A DNA stretch of 64,000 nucleotides from an uncultured Bacteroidales bacterium (GTDB lineage Bacteria; Bacteroidota; Bacteroidia; Bacteroidales; GCA-2748055), in assembly GCA_963779845.1 (NCBI GenBank), contig CAVZZV010000001.1:182125-246124 (forward strand), in the 5' to 3' direction. The notes below the pieces were generated by a model, which ran no database searches, was not told the DNA's origin, and worked only from the letters and a program-made list of their open reading frames with translations. Position 1 is the stretch's first letter. Each line of letters begins with the position of its first letter. Shown one piece after another: positions 38,900 through 48,589 of the stretch. The position numbers and the translations under genes are program-made.

Positions 38900-39897
38900 T
38901 ACTTTTCGATAAGGTATTCAACTGTCCTGGGAAAGTACTTGAGAGACCGGATAAACTCGGGCTGCCGGGTAACCTCAACAATGATCTTATTAGATAACCC
39001 GGCGAGTGCCTCATTGAAATCGACCGTAGCGGTAAACATGGAGGGCTGCAATTTATCGTAATCGCTCAAACCTACCCGACAGGTCACCTGAATGGTATGA
39101 GGGAAAGTCTTAAGACGGGCCGAATCGGGCATATTCATCACATCAATCGGAATTTCCAGCATTTTTTCCGTGAATTTTTCTACGACAAAACTAGCGGTTA
39201 CCTGTTCATGGATCAGTTTGGTATTTTTAATTTTTGCCAGGTCCACCTTCATGGAATTGCTTTGTTGAATGAGACCTACATCCGTGTTTTTGGTGTTCAG
39301 TTCAATCAGGGTATCGACAATATAATCGGGGCCGGAGACCGTAACAGAATCCGGATCAAGAACCGGTCCTTGCTTCAGGATCAATTGTTTACCTAAATTG
39401 TAAACCAATTGAGAATGCACAGGCAGTTTTTTTGATACAACCTTGGCAAATCTGAAGTAAAGGCTGTCGGGCTTGATTTCCAGTATTTGAAATTCAGAAC
39501 TGAGTTGTTTGGCGAAGTAATCCCGTGCGTATCTGGTTTCTATATAGTATACCGAAGAATCCTTACCCGAAGCCTGGTTCATATAGAACGAGCGGACGTT
39601 AAAAACCAGGGGGATATGCCTTGTACCCAGGCTATAACGCAAAAGTGTATACCCATGGGCATTCACATTAAGTGTCAGATAATCGGGCAGATCCCCCACG
39701 AGTATTTTATTGTCAGGGAATTTTCTATAGATAACCGGATATTTTACATCCGTCGTATAGTTTTTGCTCAGGGCGTTCATAAACCAAAAGATCATGGAAA
39801 GCAACAGAAAAAAGGAAAAGACAAATGCCTTTTTTCTGAATGCCGTTTTTTCCTTATCGCTAAAACGTGAAATCCTGTTTAGAAATCCTGAACTCAC
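38899..39897 (-). CDS. YbbR/CdaR-like domain protein
   Basis: N-terminal TM (FFLLLSMIFWF..LS..Y), PDSVTVSGP. Sits in the usual position between yajC and coaE. Confidence 0.8.
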   Translation of the reverse strand: MSSGFLNRISRFSDKEKTAFRKKAFVFSFFLLLSMIFWFMNALSKNYTTDVKYPVIYRKFPDNKILVGDLPDYLTLNVNAHGYTLLRYSLGTRHIPLVFNVRSFYMNQASGKDSSVYYIETRYARDYFAKQLSSEFQILEIKPDSLYFRFAKVVSKKLPVHSQLVYNLGKQLILKQGPVLDPDSVTVSGPDYIVDTLIELNTKNTDVGLIQQSNSMKVDLAKIKNTKLIHEQVTASFVVEKFTEKMLEIPIDVMNMPDSARLKTFPHTIQVTCRVGLSDYDKLQPSMFTATVDFNEALAGLSNKIIVEVTRQPEFIRSLKYFPRTVEYLIEK

Positions 39898-39908
39898 AGA
39901 AATAGAAA

Positions 39909-40232
39909 TTATTTGTTTTGTGCCACTATATCGGTAGAATCTTTTAGTACAGCATTCTTGTCTACTTTAATCCGGACGTTATCGGATATTTCAACAGTTA
40001 CAGTTTGGTCCTTGATATCAGTAACTTTACCGTATATCCCTCCGGTCGTTACAATCTTGTCATTTTTCTGAAGAGAACTTCTGTAACTTTTCAATTCCTT
40101 TTGCCTTTTAACCTGGGGCCGGATCATGAAAAAGTAAAACACTACGATAATCAGCAATAAAGGCAAAAGGGAAGTGAGTGCATTAGGGGATTGTCCCTGA
40201 GCTGCTTGTAAAAGAATAAGTAGATGGTTCAT
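39909..40232 (-). CDS. yajC: Preprotein translocase subunit YajC
   Basis: VFYFFMIRPQ.KRQKE, DKIVTTGGIYG. Confidence 0.96.
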   Translation of the reverse strand: MNHLLILLQAAQGQSPNALTSLLPLLLIIVVFYFFMIRPQVKRQKELKSYRSSLQKNDKIVTTGGIYGKVTDIKDQTVTVEISDNVRIKVDKNAVLKDSTDIVAQNK

Positions 40233-40250
40233 TTTGAATTTATTTAAGTA

Positions 40251-40709
40251 TTAATTATTTGAATATATATCGGCTTCCAGAGTCAGTGTCACCAAAGCAG
40301 TTTGAGCATTCGATTCCACCGTTACGCTCTTTTGCTGTTTGCCCGACCTTCCTTTGGAATCAAACACCACTTTGATACTCCCTTCCCCACCGGGAGGAAT
40401 AGGTTCAGGGGTAAAATCAGGAATGGTACAACCACAACTTGCAGATGCATGGTTAATGATGAGATCTGAATGGCCTTCATTACGGAACCTGAAATACCAT
40501 CCTACCTGTTCCCCCTCCTTTATGCTGCCAAAATCATGTTGAAGCGTGTCGAATTTTATAATGGGCAGTTCGTCAGGACTTAAATTCTCCTGTCTGTTAG
40601 TGGAGGAGCTGAATTCTTTGGATTTCTCCTCCCGGCAGGAAGAAAAAAGAAGAAATACCAAAACCAAAATCCCTAAATAACAGTTAGAGCTTCTCAATCT
40701 TGTCTTCAT
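40251..40709 (-). CDS. DUF1573 domain lipoprotein
   Basis: HDFG.I.EG, F.N.G...LII...ASCGCT, PIPPG..G.I.V.FDS. Lipobox FSSC. The second ATG gives a normal signal peptide. Confidence 0.88.
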   Translation of the reverse strand: MKTRLRSSNCYLGILVLVFLLFSSCREEKSKEFSSSTNRQENLSPDELPIIKFDTLQHDFGSIKEGEQVGWYFRFRNEGHSDLIINHASASCGCTIPDFTPEPIPPGGEGSIKVVFDSKGRSGKQQKSVTVESNAQTALVTLTLEADIYSNN

Positions 40710-40831
40710 TTTAATGTCAAAAAATTCATTTATAACAACTATTTCCATCCTTCATTGAGAGTATCCCAGGATTTCCTGATTAAAATTCTTCGTAAAATAA
40801 ACATAAATAATCCGATTCTCAAAGCATCGGC

Positions 40832-41782
40832 TTAAAGCTCTCCAATAAGCCCCCTGCCCGTCTTCTTAACTTTATTGTCAGCCTTAAGTTGTTGAAGAAT
40901 TTTGTCCAATACACCATTAATAAAAGTATTGCTTTTATCCGTGCTGTAAAACTTGGCAATTTCAAGATACTCATTTAAACTGACGCGTGTGGGAATTGAT
41001 GGAAATTCCATCATTTCGGTAATTGCTATCTGCATAATCAGTACATCCATGAAAGCGATACGCTCCAGATCCCAGTTACTTGCCTTTTCCTCGATCATCT
41101 GGAGTGAAAATCCGCGGTTTGCAAGGGATTTTAGAAAAAGCCCAAACACAAAATCCCGGTCTTCTTCATTTTTGTAAAGTTCAGGAATTTTTTTATCCGG
41201 TTGATCACTCTCCTTTACCTTATTAATGTATTTAATGACCATTGACAATACAAAATCAAGATCGTCATTCCAATAGATGCTTTTTTCCTCAATAATCTGC
41301 CAGAGAGAATCGTTGGGTAACACGATTTGAGAATAAAAAAAAACGATTATTTTCTTATCTCCTTCAAAATCGTTGGCTTCTCCGCTCATATATTCCTTGT
41401 ATGCTTCGGAGGAGGTGAGCTGCGTAAAAAGCTCTTTTATCAATTCCCGGTGGTTCACCCAACTGATATGTTGGTTATCGATAAACCTTGAAATATTTTT
41501 ATTATCCCGAAGTTTCCCAATCAATTTATTTTTAATAAAGCGGGTATTGGGGTGTAAATCATGGTAATCAGGAATTTTTTTATTGTATGCGATTTCAATT
41601 CGTGAATTCGCGTAGCCTGAAACTTCTATAATAAGAAGAATGAGGTAGTAAAAAAGTTCATATGCTTTGGTGATGCTGAAGTGTAATTCCTTCTCCGATA
41701 TTTTTACATCTTTCTGCTCAGATTTATAATAAGCATATAGAATTTGTAAAACTTTGATCCTAAGTAAACGCCTGCTGATCAT
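40832..41782 (-). CDS. nusB: Transcription antitermination factor NusB (long Bacteroidota form)
   Basis: MISRRLLRIKVLQ.LYA, NWDLERIA.MD, SLNEYLEIAKFYST.KS..FINGVLD. Confidence 0.95.
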   Translation of the reverse strand: MISRRLLRIKVLQILYAYYKSEQKDVKISEKELHFSITKAYELFYYLILLIIEVSGYANSRIEIAYNKKIPDYHDLHPNTRFIKNKLIGKLRDNKNISRFIDNQHISWVNHRELIKELFTQLTSSEAYKEYMSGEANDFEGDKKIIVFFYSQIVLPNDSLWQIIEEKSIYWNDDLDFVLSMVIKYINKVKESDQPDKKIPELYKNEEDRDFVFGLFLKSLANRGFSLQMIEEKASNWDLERIAFMDVLIMQIAITEMMEFPSIPTRVSLNEYLEIAKFYSTDKSNTFINGVLDKILQQLKADNKVKKTGRGLIGEL

Positions 41783-41815
41783 TTAAAGAACTTAAAAATA
41801 TGGTTAATCCGGCTG

Positions 41816-41823
41816 CAAATGTA
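41816..41823 (-). promoter_or_regulatory. -7 promoter box for the nusB operon
   Basis: Minus-strand TACATTTG followed by cagcc. Confidence 0.65.
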
Positions 41824-42017
41824 AAACAATTTTGCTTAAAATTTTAAAAAAACCATGATATAAGGCATGATACGCCCGCCTATCTAAAGAAGGATATTCA
41901 TTTTATATCAAGCCGATTGTACATTTCATCACAAAAACCTTCATTTTTATAAATATTTTAACAATTACTAAATTTATTTTCTATTTTTGAAAGACAATTA
42001 CATTATTAAACTAACTC

Positions 42018-42404
42018 GTGACTATGATGGAAGAAGGAACCGGCAAAATTGATGAAGGTATGGGCCAAGCCAGAGAAGAGATCTTTTCTGAGGCTGTGAG
42101 GGCAGGCAAACGCACCTATTTTTTTGATGTTAAAGCGACCCGAAGTAATGATTACTATTTAACCATTACCGAAAGCAAAAAGAGGTTTAACCGGGATGGA
42201 AAATCCTTTTATGAGAAGCATAAAGTTTTTCTCTACAAGGAGGATTTTGAAAAATTCACGGACGGTTTGGCATCAGTAATTGATTTTATCAAAAAGAATC
42301 AACCTGAACTGCTTGAACATCCTTATCAGGAAGAGTCGGAGGAAACACTCACTGAAGAATTTACGAGCGTCGAATTTGAAGATCTGGGAAGCAAAAACTC
42401 CTGA
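42018..42404 (+). CDS. DUF3276 / PUR family nucleic-acid-binding protein
   Basis: FS..VRAGKRTYFFDVK.TR..DYYLTITESKK, EKHKVFLYKEDF.KF. TATTTTTG box at 41982-41989. Confidence 0.9.
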   Translation: MTMMEEGTGKIDEGMGQAREEIFSEAVRAGKRTYFFDVKATRSNDYYLTITESKKRFNRDGKSFYEKHKVFLYKEDFEKFTDGLASVIDFIKKNQPELLEHPYQEESEETLTEEFTSVEFEDLGSKNS

Positions 42405-42419
42405 TCGCCAGATTAGGTT

Positions 42420-42734
42420 TTATTTAGTGGGACTTTTTTCATATTTATGCATCTTATCAGAGATGGTAATATCTTTATCCTGACCAATTTGCAATTTCAA
42501 ATTGATGAGTATATCAGAAGCGCCCTCTCTGAAACAACATTCCCGTATCTCTGAAATCAGATGTATTACCTCCTGGTAACTTCCTTCAACAATGGTCTCG
42601 AAAGGACAAACCCTGTATTTCAATCCGGATGATTGAATGCACTGGATTGCTGCATCTACGATCATATAGGCAAATTCCTTATTCCCTGAGGCCAATACCT
42701 GTATGGCCGCGTTGATTTTATTTTGATGTTCCAT
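42420..42734 (-). CDS. Thiamine-binding protein (MTH1187/YkoF family)
   Basis: AIQVL, VDAAI..IQ.SGLKY.V.PFET..EG. Confidence 0.85.
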   Translation of the reverse strand: MEHQNKINAAIQVLASGNKEFAYMIVDAAIQCIQSSGLKYRVCPFETIVEGSYQEVIHLISEIRECCFREGASDILINLKLQIGQDKDITISDKMHKYEKSPTK

Positions 42735-42746
42735 ACAATTTATCTT

Positions 42747-43484
42747 TTAAGTTGAAGGGCCACTTTTCTGGGTAGCCAGAAACTTCCTGATCTCTTTGAA
42801 TGACAATTCCTTCACATTGGTTATTACAAAATTTTCATTTAAAAAGTCCCCAAACTGATTACATTCAAAAATTGCCTCATCTATAATGGTTTTTATTGTG
42901 GCATGCAATGGAATAATAGCCATTATAGCGCAAAGGGATTTGGAAAAGCGTATTTTTTCCCGTTCCGCGTCATTTTTCATAAAAGTATATGAAAATTCAT
43001 CCCGGATAATCTTCTTCTCCAGTCCGGAAAAGGCTTCATCCCTGCTGCCCACAAGCACGATAAAATAACGGAGCTTGTCCCCCTTTCCACCCAGTCCGGT
43101 CGAAATAAATACCTGATTCTGATCCAAAAGTTTTGATTCCAGAAGCATCCTGCTTTCCTGCAGGGCCAATATCCCCCAATCCCTGAGTTCGCCGGGCGGA
43201 TCCGACATAAACCTTTCAATGTGCCGGTAAGCCTCAACATTCTCCATTGAGGCAAGTCGAACCAGGGACTCCTGTTTATCGGCATGACTCGTTGTCTTGC
43301 TAAATAACCTGGACGATAAGGAATTCAAATCAACCTCCTTGCTGTCGGTTCTTACATCCCTTGATAACCGGAAGTATTCCATCTGAAGGCCCAGATCAAT
43401 CTTTTCCTCCAGAATACTGAAATTACCTGATGATGTTCCAAAGAGATCCTTTATCTTGTCATATAAATTTTCGTTTTCTTCCAT
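42747..43484 (-). CDS. Conserved hypothetical protein
   Basis: Long ORF with ALQESRMLLES.LLD..QVFISTGLGGKG.KLRYF. ATG 43484 preferred as the start. Confidence 0.75.
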   Translation of the reverse strand: MEENENLYDKIKDLFGTSSGNFSILEEKIDLGLQMEYFRLSRDVRTDSKEVDLNSLSSRLFSKTTSHADKQESLVRLASMENVEAYRHIERFMSDPPGELRDWGILALQESRMLLESKLLDQNQVFISTGLGGKGDKLRYFIVLVGSRDEAFSGLEKKIIRDEFSYTFMKNDAEREKIRFSKSLCAIMAIIPLHATIKTIIDEAIFECNQFGDFLNENFVITNVKELSFKEIRKFLATQKSGPST

Positions 43485-43569
43485 TTCCTCAAGTGACCCG
43501 AACTTTAAAAAAATCAAATTACGAAAATAATAGTTCAATATCAAAGTATATTCAAAAAATATTTAATTA

Positions 43570-43600
43570 AGGAATACCTATTTATAGGTATAGCCTTTTA
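43570..43600. promoter_or_regulatory. Candidate metal-responsive operator upstream of feoB
   Basis: Perfect inverted repeat ATACCTAT-tt-ATAGGTAT at 43574-43591, embedded in two AGG-N4/5-CCT units. Confidence 0.45.
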
Positions 43601-43627
43601 GCCTATTATCCTTAAAATTGCACATAT

Positions 43628-46051
43628 TTGATGATTATGCTTTTATCGGAACTTCCAGCCAGGCAATCTGGGGTTATACAGAAAATAAATGGTGCGGGGC
43701 CCTTCAGGAAGAGGATCTCAGAAATGGGGTTTATTAAGGGGCAACCGGTAAGGGTCGTAAAAAACGCTCCTCTGAAGGACCCGGTAGAATATTCCATCAT
43801 GGGATATGCCATAAGCCTGAGAAGAGCTGAGGCTGCCCTTATTGAAATTGAACCTTTAACTGGGGCAGGCATTCTTCCCCAATACCATGGAACAACCGAT
43901 GTTTCATCTTCAGAGGCTATAAATGATCCGAAAAGAAAGACCATCAATATAGCTTTTGTAGGCAACCCAAACTGTGGAAAGACGAGTATATTTAACAATG
44001 CTTCCCGATCATATGAACATGTGGGCAATTACAGCGGGGTCACCATCGAAACCAAATTGGCTAAATTGGAATATGGGGGGTATCTTTTCAAAATATTCGA
44101 TCTTCCCGGAACATACTCCTTGAGCTCATGCAGTGCTGAAGAGATTTATGTCAGGAATTTTCTGGCTGAAAATTCCCCCGATATTGTGGTTAATGTAATT
44201 GATGCCACCAATCTGGAAAGGAACCTGTATTTAACCACCCAACTCATCGATCTTAACTTTCGGATGGTAATCGCCCTAAATATGTTTGACGAGTTGAAGA
44301 GGAAAGGGGACCATTTCAACCACTTGTCTTTTTCTGCCTTGCTTGGAGTCCCGGTCGTGCCTACGGTCGGTTCAAAAGGCAAAGGTTTCGCCCGGCTTTT
44401 TGAGGCCATTATTGCCAAATATTCCCAATCAGAAAGCGAACGAAAAAAAATTCAGATTAATTACGGGAAGGACCTTGAACATTCCATCAAAACGATAAGC
44501 GATAATTTGAAAGCTCTGGACCCGGCCATCTATGCCGGAAATTTAAACCTTCGTTACCTTTCATTGCGTTTGCTCGAAAATGATGAACATATCCATATGA
44601 AGCTTTCTGCCTCCCCGCATTATACTTCTATTAAAAGACTCGCAGAAAAAGAGCGGAAAAACTTAAGGTCCCTGATGGATGATGAACCAGACACACTTTT
44701 AACCGATGCAAGGTTTGGGTTTATCGCCGGTGCCCTTCGGGAAACCTATAGACCGGGGAACAGTACAAGAAGGAGAAATTCACATAAAATAGACAAAATC
44801 CTTACCCATAAATACCTCGGTATCCCGATCTTTTTTGGGTTTTTATGGTTAATGTTTGCCATCACATTCGGTATAGGACAGTATCCGGTTCACTGGATTG
44901 AAAGCGGAGTTGCCTGGTTTTCAGGCCTTACTTCCCGGCTGGTTCCTGCGGGTGATTTTCAAAATTTACTCATCGATGGGATCATCGGGGGGGTTGGGGG
45001 GGTTATTGTTTTTCTTCCAAATATCCTTGTCCTCTTCTTCTTTATTTCGTTTCTTGAGGATACAGGATATATGGCCCGTGCAGCCTTTATCATGGACAGG
45101 GCTATGCACAAGATCGGCCTGCATGGAAAGTCTTTCATCCCTCTGGTCATGGGATTTGGCTGTAATGTCCCTGCGATAATGTCCACCCGCATTATAGAGA
45201 GCCGGAGCAACAGAATGCTCACCATGCTCATCATGCCATTTATGTCCTGCTCTGCCAGATTGCCAGTCTATATTCTTATTATCGGTGCTTTCTTCCCTCA
45301 TCATCAGGGAACTATGCTTTTTGGAATTTACCTCACCGGAATTCTGCTTGCAGTACTTTCGGCCATTCTATTCAGAAAACTACTATTTCGCAGGGAGAAT
45401 AGCCCTTTTGTTATGGAACTTCCCCCTTACCGGATCCCGACACTGAAAAACACCTCCCGGCATATGTGGCATAAGGGTTCTCAGTACCTTCAAAAGATCG
45501 GGGGGATAATCCTTGTCGCTTCCGTGATCATATGGGGCCTGGAATACTATCCAAAAAACAGTGAACCCGAGAATTTAAGCCAAAATCAAATAATTTCAAT
45601 CCAGGAAGCAGACGGAAATATGCATCAGGAGAACAACTCATATCTTAAAAGAATCGGGCAAAGCATTCAGCCGGTGATGAAACCTCTCGGATTTGACTGG
45701 AAGCTTACGGTGAGTATCCTTTCGGGTGTTGCCGGTAAAGAATTAGTAGTGAGCACCATGGGTGTACTATACAGCCATCAGGAAAGCGAAGCCATTTCTC
45801 TGGGGGAAAGGATCAAAAATGAGCAGTACAAGCAGGGAAGACTTGCGGGGCAGAAGGTTGTACCTGCTGTTGTCGCACTTTCTTTCTTGATGTTCACGTT
45901 GGTTTACTTTCCCTGTATGGCCGTAATTGCGACCGTAGCCCGTGAAGGCGGCTCCATTTTGTGGTCAGGATTTATAATCGTCTATACCACAGGCCTGGCC
46001 TGGATCTTGTCATGGTGCGTATATCAAATCGGAAATTTTTTTTTAATGTAA
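43628..46051 (+). CDS. feoB: Ferrous iron transporter FeoB with N-terminal FeoA fusion
   Basis: FeoA domain (RISEMGF..G..V.V...APLKDP), G1 GNPNCGKT, DLPGTY, NMFD, GFGCNVPA, FMSCSARLP, FVMELPPY, YFPCMA. Confidence 0.97.
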   Translation: MMIMLLSELPARQSGVIQKINGAGPFRKRISEMGFIKGQPVRVVKNAPLKDPVEYSIMGYAISLRRAEAALIEIEPLTGAGILPQYHGTTDVSSSEAINDPKRKTINIAFVGNPNCGKTSIFNNASRSYEHVGNYSGVTIETKLAKLEYGGYLFKIFDLPGTYSLSSCSAEEIYVRNFLAENSPDIVVNVIDATNLERNLYLTTQLIDLNFRMVIALNMFDELKRKGDHFNHLSFSALLGVPVVPTVGSKGKGFARLFEAIIAKYSQSESERKKIQINYGKDLEHSIKTISDNLKALDPAIYAGNLNLRYLSLRLLENDEHIHMKLSASPHYTSIKRLAEKERKNLRSLMDDEPDTLLTDARFGFIAGALRETYRPGNSTRRRNSHKIDKILTHKYLGIPIFFGFLWLMFAITFGIGQYPVHWIESGVAWFSGLTSRLVPAGDFQNLLIDGIIGGVGGVIVFLPNILVLFFFISFLEDTGYMARAAFIMDRAMHKIGLHGKSFIPLVMGFGCNVPAIMSTRIIESRSNRMLTMLIMPFMSCSARLPVYILIIGAFFPHHQGTMLFGIYLTGILLAVLSAILFRKLLFRRENSPFVMELPPYRIPTLKNTSRHMWHKGSQYLQKIGGIILVASVIIWGLEYYPKNSEPENLSQNQIISIQEADGNMHQENNSYLKRIGQSIQPVMKPLGFDWKLTVSILSGVAGKELVVSTMGVLYSHQESEAISLGERIKNEQYKQGRLAGQKVVPAVVALSFLMFTLVYFPCMAVIATVAREGGSILWSGFIIVYTTGLAWILSWCVYQIGNFFLM

Positions 46052-46072
46052 TACTTAAATAGAGGATTAATT

Positions 46073-46243
46073 ATGATACAGGAATTATTGGCAACAACAA
46101 CGGTAATGGCTGCAATTGTCTTTGCCCTGTACTCAATATTTAAAACGATCCTGCCCTTTTTCAAAAAGGAATCGGCCGGATGCAGGAGCGGAGACTGCAA
46201 TTGTGCGCTTCCCAAGAGCAAAAAAGTCATGGATAATGTTTGA
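46073..46243 (+). CDS. FeoB-associated Cys-rich small membrane protein (56 aa, missing from the ORF track)
   Basis: MIQELLATTTVMAAIVFALYSIFKTILPFFKKESAGCRSGDCNCALPKSKKVMDNV: one TM helix, then KK..GC.SG.C.C. Starts 21 nt after the feoB stop. Confidence 0.8.
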   Translation: MIQELLATTTVMAAIVFALYSIFKTILPFFKKESAGCRSGDCNCALPKSKKVMDNV

Positions 46244-46270
46244 GAAAATCTTTAAGTGAATTTAAATCCT

Positions 46271-46278
46271 TACATTTG
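46271..46278 (+). promoter_or_regulatory. -7 promoter box for the membrane protein/HMA gene pair
   Basis: TACATTTG. Confidence 0.5.
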
Positions 46279-46411
46279 TGAAAAACCGGAAGGCCATCCT
46301 AAATATTCAATGGGAGATTAAGGGACAGCCTGTTTTGAAAGAAATGTTCATTTCATTAAGCGGAAGAGGAATAAATTACAGCATTTTAAACACTAAAGAT
46401 TTAACCACTAA

Positions 46412-47011
46412 ATGAAACTCATTGATGATTTCAATTCTAAATTAGAGGAACTTCTCAATTCAGGATACCGTTTGAAAATTGAAGTTTACCTTCGAAGAGG
46501 ACTGGAACTGTTCCGTCAAAGAGCCGACCTTTTCCTTTTATATTCTGCCTTGTACGTAGTATCAATGCCTTTCGGAGGTTTCATTATATCCGGTCCGCTT
46601 ACGGCCGGTTTTTTTCTGGTGGCAAGAAGGCTCGACAAGGGGGAAGAAATAATCATCGATCATTTTTTTGAAGGTTTTAAGTTTTTCATTCCATTGCTTC
46701 TGCTTACAATCGTATCGGGCATTCTCATCTTTATTGGCTTCATTGCCTTTATTATCCCCGGAATTTACCTGAGTGTTGCCTACACTTTTGCCATTTTCTT
46801 CGTAATTTTCGCCCGGATGGAATTTTGGGACGCTATGGAAGCCAGCAGACACTTAACAGGAAAACAGTGGTTTGACTTCTTCCTGCTCATATTGGTTCTG
46901 GGTATATTAAACCTACTTGGAGCAATGATATTTGGAGTGGGATTGCTTTTCACCCTACCCATTAGTTTTTGTGCCCTATATGCAGCTTATGATGACCTCA
47001 TTGGAAGATAA
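46412..47011 (+). CDS. Hypothetical integral membrane protein (DUF975-like)
   Basis: GPL.AG, FFEGF, IIPGIYL.V.Y.F, FWDAMEAS..L, G.GLL.T.P...A...AY. Confidence 0.75.
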   Translation: MKLIDDFNSKLEELLNSGYRLKIEVYLRRGLELFRQRADLFLLYSALYVVSMPFGGFIISGPLTAGFFLVARRLDKGEEIIIDHFFEGFKFFIPLLLLTIVSGILIFIGFIAFIIPGIYLSVAYTFAIFFVIFARMEFWDAMEASRHLTGKQWFDFFLLILVLGILNLLGAMIFGVGLLFTLPISFCALYAAYDDLIGR

Positions 47012-47057
47012 TGTTCCTTTATATGCAAACCAATATAATCCTCTAAATTTCAAAAAA

Positions 47058-47432
47058 ATGAAACAAATTATTCTCTTAAGTCTTTTCTCCTTTGCGATGT
47101 TGATCGCCTGCAACCAATCCGAAAAAAAATCCAACATTGAAAACTCTCCTTCTGAAACAGCGGTTAATTCCGATAACGTAGTCTTCCTTGATATGAATGT
47201 TGAGGGAATGACATGCACTGGCTGCGAATCTACCATAAAGGAAGGGGTATCTCAACTTCCCGGAGTCGTTGAAGTAAATGCGGACTATGTGAACGGGAAA
47301 GCAATGGTCAGCTATGATTCCACCCTAACCACCCAAAAGGATATTTCCAGGGCTGTGGAGCAACGTGGATATAAAGTTACTTCTCTCGGGTTTGCAAAAG
47401 AGGATGAGCTTCAACTGGAGCCTGCAAATTGA
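47058..47432 (+). CDS. Heavy-metal-associated (HMA) domain lipoprotein
   Basis: Lipoprotein signal MKQIILLSLFSFAMLIAC starting at ATG 47058, then VEGMTCTGC, LPGV and GY. Confidence 0.88.
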   Translation: MKQIILLSLFSFAMLIACNQSEKKSNIENSPSETAVNSDNVVFLDMNVEGMTCTGCESTIKEGVSQLPGVVEVNADYVNGKAMVSYDSTLTTQKDISRAVEQRGYKVTSLGFAKEDELQLEPAN

Positions 47433-47516
47433 GGATCGTTTTGCAGCCTTTTTTCTGAATATTCTAAATCAATAAAACTTATCCCTCTTATTGACAGGTG
47501 GAATGATGATTTTTTC

Positions 47517-48518
47517 TTACTGTCCAAGAGTTGCCACCATCACCGCTTTGATGGTATGCATTCGGTTTTCGGCCTGGTCAAAAACAATGGAGCGCTCCGA
47601 TTCGAATACCTCATCGTCCACCTCCATCGCTGTAAGCCCGAATTTTTGATAGATTTCCTCTCCTATTTTTGTTTCCCTGTTGTGATAGGCGGGAAGGCAA
47701 TGAAGAAATTTAACCTTTGGGTTTTGCGTCATTTTCATAACTTTCATATTAACCTGATAATCTTTCAGCAGACCAATCCTCTCCTCCCAAACCTCCTCAG
47801 GTTCTCCCATGGAAACCCATACGTCAGTATAAAGAAAATCTGCATCCTTAACCGCTTCCTCCACCTTGTCAGTAATAGTGATCCGTGCACCGGTATCCTT
47901 TGCAATTTCCCGGCAATGCTTTACTAATTCTTCTGAAGGCTGCACCTTTGCGGGAGCGGCAGCCCTGAAATCCATGCCTAGTTTTGAAGCTCCTACCAGC
48001 AGGGAATTCCCCATATTATTGCGGGCATCCCCGAGATAACAGAAGCTTATCTGGTGTAAAGGCTTATCGGAATGCTCCATCATGGTCATTACATCCGCCA
48101 ATATTTGCGTCGGGTGATACTCGTTGGTCAATCCGTTCCAGACCGGAACCCCGGAATAGGCTGCCAGTTCTTCTACTATTTCCTGCCCGTATCCACGGTA
48201 CTCAATCCCGTCAAACATCCTGCCCAAAACCCTGGCTGTATCCTTCATGGATTCCTTCGTACCGATTTGGGTACCCGAAGGACCCAGGTAGGTAACATGT
48301 GCTCCCTGATCCAGTGCTGCAACTTCAAAGGCACATCTCGTCCGTGTGGAGGTCTTTTCGAAAATAAGGGCTATATTCTTACCTTTCAGACGTTGCTGTT
48401 CTGAGCCTTTGTATTTGGCCTCCTTTAGGACAAAGGCCAGCTCAATAAGATGATTTATCTCTTTGGGAGTGAAATCAAGCAATTTTAAAAATGATCTGTT
48501 TCTAAGATTGAATGCCAT
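47517..48518 (-). CDS. arcB: Ornithine carbamoyltransferase (probably catabolic)
   Basis: [35 protein letters not shown]. Adjacent to carbamate kinase. TATCTTTG box at 48549-48556. Confidence 0.92.
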   Translation of the reverse strand: MAFNLRNRSFLKLLDFTPKEINHLIELAFVLKEAKYKGSEQQRLKGKNIALIFEKTSTRTRCAFEVAALDQGAHVTYLGPSGTQIGTKESMKDTARVLGRMFDGIEYRGYGQEIVEELAAYSGVPVWNGLTNEYHPTQILADVMTMMEHSDKPLHQISFCYLGDARNNMGNSLLVGASKLGMDFRAAAPAKVQPSEELVKHCREIAKDTGARITITDKVEEAVKDADFLYTDVWVSMGEPEEVWEERIGLLKDYQVNMKVMKMTQNPKVKFLHCLPAYHNRETKIGEEIYQKFGLTAMEVDDEVFESERSIVFDQAENRMHTIKAVMVATLGQ

Positions 48519-48589
48519 GATAATAAGCTTATTGAATTAAGTTCATGGCAAAGATAAAAGAAATCTGATTTGAAGAGGTTCCCGATTCG

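Noticed and set aside
38899-39897. YbbR/CdaR-like gene plus the 7TM-HD gene as a c-di-AMP locus
   Set aside because: They are 14 kb apart, there is no diadenylate cyclase in the window, and ybbR sits in its normal conserved yajC-coaE context.
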